Assembly: GCA_022729755.1 (NCBI GenBank)
Contig: DZAZ01000004.1
Coordinates: forward strand, 1 to 58,029
Origin: Helicobacter cetorum
Lineage (GTDB): Bacteria; Campylobacterota; Campylobacteria; Campylobacterales; BB28
Direction of reading: 5' to 3'
Length of the DNA: 58,029 nucleotides
A program made the translations under genes and the position numbers. The first letter of the stretch is position 1. The number at the start of each line of letters is the position of its first letter. Under the pieces are notes generated by a model. That model worked only from the letters and a program-made list of their open reading frames with translations. It was not told the DNA's origin and ran no database searches. Positions 19,127 through 27,434 of the stretch are shown here, one piece after another.

Positions 19127-20353
19127 TTAAAGCACAATTGTAAATTTTGCACCCTTTTGTTGATTTGGATATTCGATATTCTGTACATAAATTTCTCCAT
19201 TTAATTTCTCATTTACTATGATTTTACCGATAGCAAGTCCTATTCCCGTACCATTTTTACCTTTAGTTGAAATATAAGGTTCAAATATTTTATCCATAAT
19301 TTCCACTTTTATTCCTCCACCATTGTCGCAAATTTCAATGACTATTTTTTCATTATTTTGATGTACATTTACTTTAATAAAACCATCTTCTATTTTATGC
19401 TCTATTATCGCATCTTTTGCATTGTTTAAAATGTTTAATATCACCTGTTTAAACTCATTTGGATAACTAACTATTTCAATTTCACTCTCAATTAATTCAA
19501 AATTAATATTTCTGTTGTTGAATTGAGAATCGATTATTTTATAACTATTTTTTATTTCATTTATAATATTGAATTTTATTTTTTCTTTATCAGGTTTAAA
19601 AAAATTTCTAAAATCATCAATCGTATGAGACATAAATTCAATTTGTCTTTTAGATTTTTTAACCATTTCATCTATCTCTTGTTCATTTAACATACCTCTT
19701 TTATATCTTATTTGAAGTCCTTGAATAATCAAAGAGAGTGCATTTAATGGTTGTCGCCATTGATGAGCAATTGCCCCAATCATTTCGCCCATTGCAGCCA
19801 TTTTACTTTGTTGGATTAATAATTGTTCTTGTGCTTCTTTTTCTTTTTGGAGTTTTAATCTACTTTGCAACTCTATTTCAACTTGATTTGTTAATTTATC
19901 ATTAAATTCTCTTAAATTTTTTTCAAGCTCTTTTTGTGCAGTTATATCCCTAATTGCTGTTACTCTTAGAGATTGATTATTTTGTTTTACCATTTTTGCA
20001 CTAACTTCCATTGGAAAAACATCCCCATTTTTTTTAACACCATAAACCTCATATCTACCCTCTATACCTTTTGTAATATTATTTAAAACTATATCTCTAT
20101 GTTCATTAACAATTAACTCTAATCCCGATTTATTTATTAATTCACTCTTTTCGTATTCAAAAATTTCACTTGCAGCTTTATTTGTATCTAAGATAATTCC
20201 ATCTTTTGATATAAAAATTCCTTCAAACGAAACATCTGAAAGCATTTTAAATCTATTTTCAGCCTCTTTTCGTCTTTTTATCTCTCTTGATAAAATTCTA
20301 TTCCAATATAAAATTACAAGTATTAAAATAAATAAAATAATTAATGTTTTCAT
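19127..20353 (-). CDS. PAS-domain sensor histidine kinase with one N-terminal TM
   Basis: PAS domain, GEMIGAIAHQWRQPL H-box, NAKDA N-box, DNGGG, GTGIGL; start likely ATG 20353. Confidence 0.9.
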   Translation of the reverse strand: MKTLIILFILILVILYWNRILSREIKRRKEAENRFKMLSDVSFEGIFISKDGIILDTNKAASEIFEYEKSELINKSGLELIVNEHRDIVLNNITKGIEGRYEVYGVKKNGDVFPMEVSAKMVKQNNQSLRVTAIRDITAQKELEKNLREFNDKLTNQVEIELQSRLKLQKEKEAQEQLLIQQSKMAAMGEMIGAIAHQWRQPLNALSLIIQGLQIRYKRGMLNEQEIDEMVKKSKRQIEFMSHTIDDFRNFFKPDKEKIKFNIINEIKNSYKIIDSQFNNRNINFELIESEIEIVSYPNEFKQVILNILNNAKDAIIEHKIEDGFIKVNVHQNNEKIVIEICDNGGGIKVEIMDKIFEPYISTKGKNGTGIGLAIGKIIVNEKLNGEIYVQNIEYPNQQKGAKFTIVL

Positions 20354-20360
20354 ATAAACC

Positions 20361-20927
20361 TTATAATTTTGCAAGTTGAAGTATTTTACAACTATTTTCG
20401 ATAATTGACATTTTTTTCGCTAATTGATTGATATCTCTGTCATAAATATAAATTCCATAACCTTTAATTATCATAACTGAAGTTTTATTCTCTTTGAAAT
20501 ACCTCACAATTTCAATATGAGCTCTCTCATACCAATCATCAAAATTTTTTGGGTCATAAATTTTCAAATTTCCAAAATGTTTGTATCCAAAATAATCTTT
20601 TGGAATTATTTTATTATGAATAAGTGAATAAGCTATCGTAGAAGGCGACATTCCATAAGCTATATACTTTGCTTCGTGGATATTTTTATAAATATTAAAG
20701 TGAATTTCAGCATCAATACTAGCCTCTTTCCAACGATAATCTTTATTAAAATAAAGCTCAATTAAAGAATCGCAATCCATTTCATCAAAAATTGCATTTC
20801 TTTTATTTATGATAAATTTATTATTTTCTATTTTTGCTGAAACTGAACCGTGAAAAATTCCAAAGAAGCCCGTTCTAAACATTGATAAACTTATTTTTTC
20901 TAACTCTTTAACTATAAATTTATCCAT
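20361..20927 (-). CDS. Class II aldolase/adducin-domain protein
   Basis: FFGIFHGSVSAK, YRWKEASIDAEIH and IYDPKNFDDWYERA, a conserved Campylobacterota family. Confidence 0.85.
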   Translation of the reverse strand: MDKFIVKELEKISLSMFRTGFFGIFHGSVSAKIENNKFIINKRNAIFDEMDCDSLIELYFNKDYRWKEASIDAEIHFNIYKNIHEAKYIAYGMSPSTIAYSLIHNKIIPKDYFGYKHFGNLKIYDPKNFDDWYERAHIEIVRYFKENKTSVMIIKGYGIYIYDRDINQLAKKMSIIENSCKILQLAKL

Positions 20928-20994
20928 TTTTATACCTTTTAAAATTTAATGTATTATAGTAAACTTTTACAAATTTAATTTTTAAAGAGTTGTA

Positions 20995-21915
20995 ATGAAA
21001 ATGTTAAAAATCGCACTTTTATTAACTATTTTTTTATTTAGTGGATGTGAAAAAAACGAAGATAAATTAAATTATGAACCAAAATATTCAGATAATCCGC
21101 CATTTAATGAAAAAGTTTATATTTTTGGAATTCATCCTTTACACAATCCAAAAAGATTATTTGAAGTTTATCAACCTTTAGTTGATTATATAAATTCAAA
21201 TTTAAAAGATGCAAAATTAAAACTTGAAGCTTCGAGGAATTATGGAGCTTTTGAAGAAAAACTTTATAATGGACATTTTCATTTTGCACTTCCAAATCCA
21301 TATCAAAGTGTAATTTCTATCAAAAAAGGTTATGAAGTTTTTGGAAAAATGGGAGATGATGAAAATTTTAGAGGAATTATTTTAATTAGAAAAGATTCAA
21401 ATATAAAAGAGATAAGCGATTTAAAAGGTAAAACTCTAAGTTATCCCGCTCCAACGGCATTAGCAGCGACAATGATGCCTCAATGGTATTTACACACTCA
21501 CGGAATTGATGTAAATAAAGATATAACAAATCTTTATGTAGGTTCGCAAGAATCTTCAATTATGAATGTTTATTTAAAAAATAGTGATGCGAGTGCAACT
21601 TGGCCACCTCCGTGGGAAGCTTTCATTAAAGAGCGACCTGAAATTGCAAAAGAAGTTGAAGTTAAATGGCAAACAAAACCGCTACTAAATAATGCTTTAG
21701 TAGTTAGAAGTGATGTTTCAAAAGAGTTAACTCAAAAAATTGCAGATATACTTTTTTCTTTGCATACTCACGATATTGGTAAGAAAATTTTAAAACCGAT
21801 GGAACTTAGCCGTTTTGAAGAGGCTAATAATTCAACTTATGAAGTTGTGAATGATTTTCTTTTGAAGTTTGGCAAAGAGGTGAGAAAAATTACGGAAGTT
21901 TCAAAAAATCATTAA
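20995..21915 (+). CDS. PhnD-family (phosphate/phosphite/phosphonate-type) substrate-binding lipoprotein
   Basis: Lipobox FSGC; FGIHPLHNP, SYPAPTALAATMMP and YVGSQESSI segments. Confidence 0.8.
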   Translation: MKMLKIALLLTIFLFSGCEKNEDKLNYEPKYSDNPPFNEKVYIFGIHPLHNPKRLFEVYQPLVDYINSNLKDAKLKLEASRNYGAFEEKLYNGHFHFALPNPYQSVISIKKGYEVFGKMGDDENFRGIILIRKDSNIKEISDLKGKTLSYPAPTALAATMMPQWYLHTHGIDVNKDITNLYVGSQESSIMNVYLKNSDASATWPPPWEAFIKERPEIAKEVEVKWQTKPLLNNALVVRSDVSKELTQKIADILFSLHTHDIGKKILKPMELSRFEEANNSTYEVVNDFLLKFGKEVRKITEVSKNH

Positions 21916-22666
21916 TATGTTTTGAAAATTCTAGGTGTTTTAACACACTTCCGTGAGTTGTATCTTTTAGTAGAATATGAAAAGGTTTAATTTTCATTTG
22001 CTCTAATAAATTATCAAGATGGATTTTTGGAATAGTTTCATCGTTTTGCACCTCTATAATTGCCACTTTTGCACTCACTTCATTAATATATTTTATCGTT
22101 TCAAATTTATGTTTTAAAAGTAAATCTATCGGAAAATAGAAATATTTGCTTTTTGCAATTGAGCTAATAGAATCATAAGGAGTAATTAAGATTAACTTTT
22201 TAACTTCTCGTTTTGATGCAAGATAGGTTGCAACTCCACTTCCTAAACTTCTACCAATTAAGATAACTTCTTTATTTTTTGCAAAAGTGTCATATATTTT
22301 TAGAGCATCTTCAAATATCGTTTTTTCGCTTGGTTTACCTGTGCTTTTTAAATAACCTCTGTAATTAAAAACTAAAATATTATAATTTTTTAATTCATCG
22401 CCCAAAAGCATAAACTCCTTAGCATCAGTTGCATTTCCACTAAAATAGATTATTAACGGTGCATTTGCATCAAATGATTGATAATACAAGCCATTTAAAC
22501 TAACTTTATCATCAATTTTTAAATTTATCTCTTTTAAATTCGTCGAATTTAGCTCAATCTCTTTTGCTAAATAACTCGGAAAAATTTGTTCATCTTGAGT
22601 AAAATAGATATAAAACATTGCACCAAAATAGATTAATGCGACTAAACTTATTACTTTTTTTATCAT
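21890..22666 (-). CDS. Alpha/beta hydrolase (ABHD13/Bem46-like)
   Basis: YFSGNA, NYRGY, GRSLG nucleophile elbow, LITPYDS; start likely ATG 22666. Confidence 0.88.
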   Translation of the reverse strand: MIKKVISLVALIYFGAMFYIYFTQDEQIFPSYLAKEIELNSTNLKEINLKIDDKVSLNGLYYQSFDANAPLIIYFSGNATDAKEFMLLGDELKNYNILVFNYRGYLKSTGKPSEKTIFEDALKIYDTFAKNKEVILIGRSLGSGVATYLASKREVKKLILITPYDSISSIAKSKYFYFPIDLLLKHKFETIKYINEVSAKVAIIEVQNDETIPKIHLDNLLEQMKIKPFHILLKDTTHGSVLKHLEFSKHINDFLKLP

Positions 22667-22670
22667 AGAT

Positions 22671-23396
22671 TTATCTGAAATTTTTTTTAAATTTAACATA
22701 CTCAAGCCATTTTTTGATACTTTCATTATCTTTATATGAAATTTCTAAAATATCAACTTTTGGATTTAACACTCTTGCATCTTTTTTTACTTTTTCTATA
22801 TTGAAGTTAAAATACTCTTTCAAATCCGTTTTTGTAATCAAAATTAAATCAGCATTTTTAAACATAACGGGATATTTACTAACTTTATCATCACCTTCTG
22901 GAATTGAAAGCAAAACCACATTAAAATGAGTTCCAACATCATAACTAGCTGGACAAACTAAATTCCCAACATTTTCCACAAATACTACACTTAAATTATC
23001 CATATTCAAATGATGAATTGCTTTATGCACCATAAAAGCATCTAAATGACAAGCAGTTCCTGTTGTAATTTGATAAGCCTCAACCCCTTTTGCTTTTAAT
23101 CTATCGGCATCTAAACTTGTCTCAAGGTCACCCTCAATCACTCCAAATTTAAAATCACTAAGCTCTGCACTCTTTTCAAGTAGTGTAGTTTTGCCACTTC
23201 CAGGCGAACTCATTAAATTGATAGCTAAAATATTTTTTGCTTCAAAATGATTTCTATTATTTATAGCCTCTTTATCATTTTTATCTAAAATTTTAGTTAT
23301 AACTTCGATAGTTTTTTTATCGTTTAATTGTGGGTTTGAGTGAATTGTTTCTAATCTCTCATCGTGGTGAATAGTGCAACCGCAATCTTTACACAT
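22671..23396 (-). CDS. hypB: Hydrogenase nickel-incorporation GTPase HypB
   Basis: MCKDCGC, SSPGSGKTTLLE, GTACHLDA, ENVGNLVCPA and EGDDKxxKYP motifs. Confidence 0.96.
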   Translation of the reverse strand: MCKDCGCTIHHDERLETIHSNPQLNDKKTIEVITKILDKNDKEAINNRNHFEAKNILAINLMSSPGSGKTTLLEKSAELSDFKFGVIEGDLETSLDADRLKAKGVEAYQITTGTACHLDAFMVHKAIHHLNMDNLSVVFVENVGNLVCPASYDVGTHFNVVLLSIPEGDDKVSKYPVMFKNADLILITKTDLKEYFNFNIEKVKKDARVLNPKVDILEISYKDNESIKKWLEYVKFKKNFR

Positions 23397-23529
23397 TTTT
23401 TTCTCCTTTTATTTTTATAATAAATTCACGGTGATATTACGATAAGTTGAATTTATAAACAATAAAACAGTAGTATTTTAAATTTTTTTTTGTCTATAAT
23501 TAATAATTTAATTTTAGGAATATTAAAAA

Positions 23530-24321
23530 ATGCAAAAAACAAATCAAGATACGATTAAACAGATGTTAGATAAAGACTGCAAGAGTGTGAAAATAAATAG
23601 CCAACTCATAAATAATATAGACACTACAAAGCTAAATATTTTTGTACCAAATAGAGATTTGTCATTTGCTTTAGCAAAAAAAGATAAGATAGATTTTATC
23701 TACAACACTTCTGCACTAGAGGGGAATGCTATGACTTTTCCTGAAGTGCAAACACTCTTAGAAGGAATAACCGTAGGTGGACATAAACTAAGCGATGAAC
23801 AACAAATACTCAATCAAAATAGAAGTGTAAATTTACTATTTGAGTTAATAGAAAAAAATGAGTTTTATATTGATAAACATACACTTTTAAAACTTCACAA
23901 AAAAGTTGCCGAGTATGAAGCTATAAGTTGGGGAGAGTTTAGAGTTAGTGAGGTAAATATTGGAGGGAGTGATTATATACCACCAAAGGCAAATGAACTT
24001 GATAGCATATTTGAAAATGGAGTAAGTGAAATAAAGAAGATATTTCATCCAATCATCAAGGCTATAACATACTTTTTATTTGGTGCAAAATCTCAATTTT
24101 TTTTTGATGGAAATAAGAGAACATCAAGACTTATGATGAACGGTATACTTTTAGATATTGGTTATCCAATATTAAATATCAAAGCCAAAGATAAATTAGA
24201 GTTTAATAAAGTGATGATTGAATTTTATGATGGTGATGACATTTTAAAAGCTATAAACTACTTACTAAATTACTATATCAAACAAAACACTCATTTGAAA
24301 ACCCTTATTCTCAAATACTAA
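23530..24321 (+). CDS. Fic/Fido domain protein with non-canonical catalytic motif
   Basis: YNTSALEGN inhibitory-helix motif; QFFFDGNKRTSR in place of HPFxDGNGRxxR. Confidence 0.88.
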   Translation: MQKTNQDTIKQMLDKDCKSVKINSQLINNIDTTKLNIFVPNRDLSFALAKKDKIDFIYNTSALEGNAMTFPEVQTLLEGITVGGHKLSDEQQILNQNRSVNLLFELIEKNEFYIDKHTLLKLHKKVAEYEAISWGEFRVSEVNIGGSDYIPPKANELDSIFENGVSEIKKIFHPIIKAITYFLFGAKSQFFFDGNKRTSRLMMNGILLDIGYPILNIKAKDKLEFNKVMIEFYDGDDILKAINYLLNYYIKQNTHLKTLILKY

Positions 24322-24334
24322 GCCAAATATATAT

Positions 24335-24973
24335 TTAACCAAGAAACTTTTTTAAAGCTAATTTTTCTTTATATTGTATCTCATAATAAATTTTTGTTAA
24401 GTAAAAAAGTATATTTTGCGGACTAATTTCAGTCTTTTTCGCATACTCTTTTAGAATATATTGAGGAATTTTAATAGTTCTATTTTTTTGCAAAAACTTT
24501 TTTGCAATTTTTTTAAAAAAAGTAGGATTTGAGTTATAACAAAATTTAGCAAACACAAATGGCAAATGGTATTTTTTATGCCATTCATTCGCCAAATCTA
24601 TCGCTTTTTCACCACTGAAATATCGCTTTAATGCTCTATCTCCAATTAAAACTTCACCTTTAATATTTAGCATTTTGGCCAAATTATTTGAAGTTTCAGA
24701 TTGATAATCGCCTCTACTCTCGCCCTCAAAAACTAAAACACTCAACACTTCTTTATTTGCAATAATTCCTGCATTTGTGCATTTTTTATTTTTTGAGGCA
24801 ATGCTTGAAATAAAAGCTCCATTAACTCTTCTTGCCCTAAAATCTCTATTTATTTTTGATGGATAACTTTTTTTACACTCAATAGATTTTTTTAATTGAG
24901 TGCTTTTTATATATTTTTTCAAAAAAATGTGAAAAGGAAGTAAATTTAAATAATCAATTTTTGCAAGTATCAT
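24335..24973 (-). CDS. mqnA: Chorismate dehydratase (futalosine pathway), MqnA family
   Basis: KIDYLNLLPF, SETSNNLA, LIGDRAL and DLANEW...LPFVFA motifs. Confidence 0.88.
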   Translation of the reverse strand: MILAKIDYLNLLPFHIFLKKYIKSTQLKKSIECKKSYPSKINRDFRARRVNGAFISSIASKNKKCTNAGIIANKEVLSVLVFEGESRGDYQSETSNNLAKMLNIKGEVLIGDRALKRYFSGEKAIDLANEWHKKYHLPFVFAKFCYNSNPTFFKKIAKKFLQKNRTIKIPQYILKEYAKKTEISPQNILFYLTKIYYEIQYKEKLALKKFLG

Positions 24974-25073
24974 CTCTTAATTACTTTCATTGTAAATTTT
25001 ATATTTTTGATTTTCACTATAGTATAAAATTTTAGATACAATTTTGCTTTTAAATTTGAAAATGGAGGCTTTT

Positions 25074-27404
25074 ATGAGAAAAGTTTTTGCTCTTTCTATA
25101 TCAATTGCACTTTCACAAACACTTTTTGCAAATGAATTAAATTTAAAAAGTGGCTGGAATATGATAACTTCGCCAATAAATGGCAAAAAAATTAAAACTG
25201 AAGAATTGAAAGATAGTATTGTTTTTGCATTTGATAGTATTGAAAATAGCTATATCACTCCAACATATATTGATAGTGGAGTTGGTTATTGGGTGAAGGT
25301 TGATGAAAATGTAAATATTAACTTAGAAAATTTACAAGATACAAATAGTGTAACAATTCAAAGTGTAATTGAGAGTAGTATTGCCGATAAATGGAACTTA
25401 ATTGGAACTCCTGTTGATATTACAAAAGCAGAGTTAAATTCACTTGGTGTTTCTTATATGTGGCATTACGATAATGAGAGTAATAGTTGGACAAATGATA
25501 ATATTAAAGCAAACAGTGGTCTTTGGATAAAAAAACAAAATCAAACGGCACCAATTCAAGCAAATGGTAAAAAACTTATAATGCTTTATCTTTTGGGAAG
25601 TGACCTTGAGAGTAATGGAAATGCTGGAACAAATGATTTAAATGAAATTGTTGAAGGTTATAATAAATTAAGTGATGCTCAAAAAGAGAGTTTTGAGATG
25701 ATTATAGCTTTTGGTGGAGCGAAAAAAGAGAATTGGGATGGTATAAAAATAGCAAATATAAAACAAATTATAGAAGATTCTAAAGATGGAATTTATGGAA
25801 ATGCAAGTGAATATTTAGAAAAAGATTCAACTGCAAATATGGGAGAGAGTAAAACTCTTGAGAGATTTTTAAATTATTCTAAAAATATTGCAACTAAAAA
25901 TAAAATTGCCGTTCTTTGGGACCACGGAGCTAGTTATGGTGGATATGGACCTGATGAGAATTATGATAAAGTTATGTCTTTAGCTGAAATTGAGAGTGCA
26001 TTTAATGCCTCTGGAGTTACATTTGATTTAATTGGGTTTGATGCTTGTTTGATGGCAAGTATTGAGAATGCAAAATATGTGAAAAAATATGCAAACTTTC
26101 TCTTAGCTTCTGAAGATTTGGAACCAGGACACGGTTGGAATTGGACACACATTGTTACAAATTTTGTAGAGAAAAATTCTATTGAAGAGTTTGGCAAAAG
26201 TGCAGTTGATAGTTTTGTAGATAATGCTTCTCATCCATATCAAGATGAGGGAAAAACTTTATCTTTAGTTGATTTATCAAAATTAGATATGCTTTTAAGC
26301 ACAATGGATGGAGCAGGAGCAATTCTTTCAAATGGTTTGAATAATTCAAATATCAAAGATAGCATAATAAATACAAACTCTATCGTAAGGGATTATGGTA
26401 AAAAACATTCAGGTGATGGACTTCCAATTTCGATTGATTTGAAACATTATGTAACTTCGCTTTATTCATCTATTGAAGATAAAGATGCAAAAGAGAAAAT
26501 AAATAGTGTAATGAGTGCATTAAATGAATATATAATTTATGCAAAAGAAGATGGTACAAGGCAAAATAGCAACGGTGTAACAATAGCACCACTGTTGAAA
26601 GTTTTGCAAAATGCACAAAATGATATAGTTGTAAGTGATGGATGGACAACACTTTCAAATAGTTTTTCTAGCTTCAAAACTTCTGATACAACTACACCAA
26701 CAGTTGCAAATGAAAATTATAACGATACTATGTTTCAAGAGAGAGCTTTAAGAAGTATGTTTGATGGAATTAGCTCAACAAAAGATGGTATGTCGGCTGA
26801 TTTTAATGATGATAACTTATATGAAGTAAATGTTGTATATGGTTTAGAAGATACACAAGATGGCTCTTTTATACTACTAGGTCAACTTCCAGCTTTACAA
26901 TATGGCAATGGAAAATATTTTGCACCAAAATGGAATAAAAAATGGTTTGCTCTAAAAGATAGCAAAAATAGTGGAAACTACACATTAATGCCACTATTTT
27001 ATGAAGATAGTTTTGATGGTATGATTAGATATAGTGTAGATGTGGCTTACAATGGTAAAGATGCAATTATGGAACTTGTCTATGATGAAAAGAGTGATAA
27101 ATTTGTATCTCATAAAATAGTTACTTATAGCATTACAAAAGATGGTACAGTAATTTACGATAAAGCTTCAAAAGATTTAAAATCTGGTGATAAAATAGAA
27201 TTTTTTTCTCAATCATTTAAAACAGATGAAAACGGCGATGAAGATGTTGGTGAATGGGTAACTTTTGGTTCAATTACATTAGATGGTACACCTGAATTTT
27301 ATACAAAAGAAGAAGATTTAGAAGGTTATAATTATCAATATTTTATGGTAGGTTATGATGTGAATTATAATTATGCAACTACAAGCGCAACTACTATTAA
27401 ATAG
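25074..27404 (+). CDS. Secreted clostripain-family (C11) cysteine peptidase
   Basis: Signal peptide from ATG 25074 (RBS GGAGG); YLLGSDLES, LWDHG, GFDACLM and ASEDLEPGHGW motifs. Confidence 0.88.
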   Translation: MRKVFALSISIALSQTLFANELNLKSGWNMITSPINGKKIKTEELKDSIVFAFDSIENSYITPTYIDSGVGYWVKVDENVNINLENLQDTNSVTIQSVIESSIADKWNLIGTPVDITKAELNSLGVSYMWHYDNESNSWTNDNIKANSGLWIKKQNQTAPIQANGKKLIMLYLLGSDLESNGNAGTNDLNEIVEGYNKLSDAQKESFEMIIAFGGAKKENWDGIKIANIKQIIEDSKDGIYGNASEYLEKDSTANMGESKTLERFLNYSKNIATKNKIAVLWDHGASYGGYGPDENYDKVMSLAEIESAFNASGVTFDLIGFDACLMASIENAKYVKKYANFLLASEDLEPGHGWNWTHIVTNFVEKNSIEEFGKSAVDSFVDNASHPYQDEGKTLSLVDLSKLDMLLSTMDGAGAILSNGLNNSNIKDSIINTNSIVRDYGKKHSGDGLPISIDLKHYVTSLYSSIEDKDAKEKINSVMSALNEYIIYAKEDGTRQNSNGVTIAPLLKVLQNAQNDIVVSDGWTTLSNSFSSFKTSDTTTPTVANENYNDTMFQERALRSMFDGISSTKDGMSADFNDDNLYEVNVVYGLEDTQDGSFILLGQLPALQYGNGKYFAPKWNKKWFALKDSKNSGNYTLMPLFYEDSFDGMIRYSVDVAYNGKDAIMELVYDEKSDKFVSHKIVTYSITKDGTVIYDKASKDLKSGDKIEFFSQSFKTDENGDEDVGEWVTFGSITLDGTPEFYTKEEDLEGYNYQYFMVGYDVNYNYATTSATTIK

Positions 27405-27407
27405 TTC

Positions 27408-27434
27408 AAAAGGGAGTTTTTTAATACTCCTTTT
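27408..27434. terminator. Probable bidirectional intrinsic terminator
   Basis: AAAGGGAGT-loop-ACTCCTTTT hairpin between the convergent peptidase and tamB genes. Confidence 0.65.

Noticed and set aside
21890-21915. Convergent 3' overlap of the binding-protein and hydrolase genes (also 7122-7125)
   Set aside because: Short convergent overlaps are common in compact Campylobacterota genomes.
23410-23465. Possible NikR operator upstream of hypB
   Set aside because: Candidate half-sites do not have the expected spacing and the region is extremely AT-rich.
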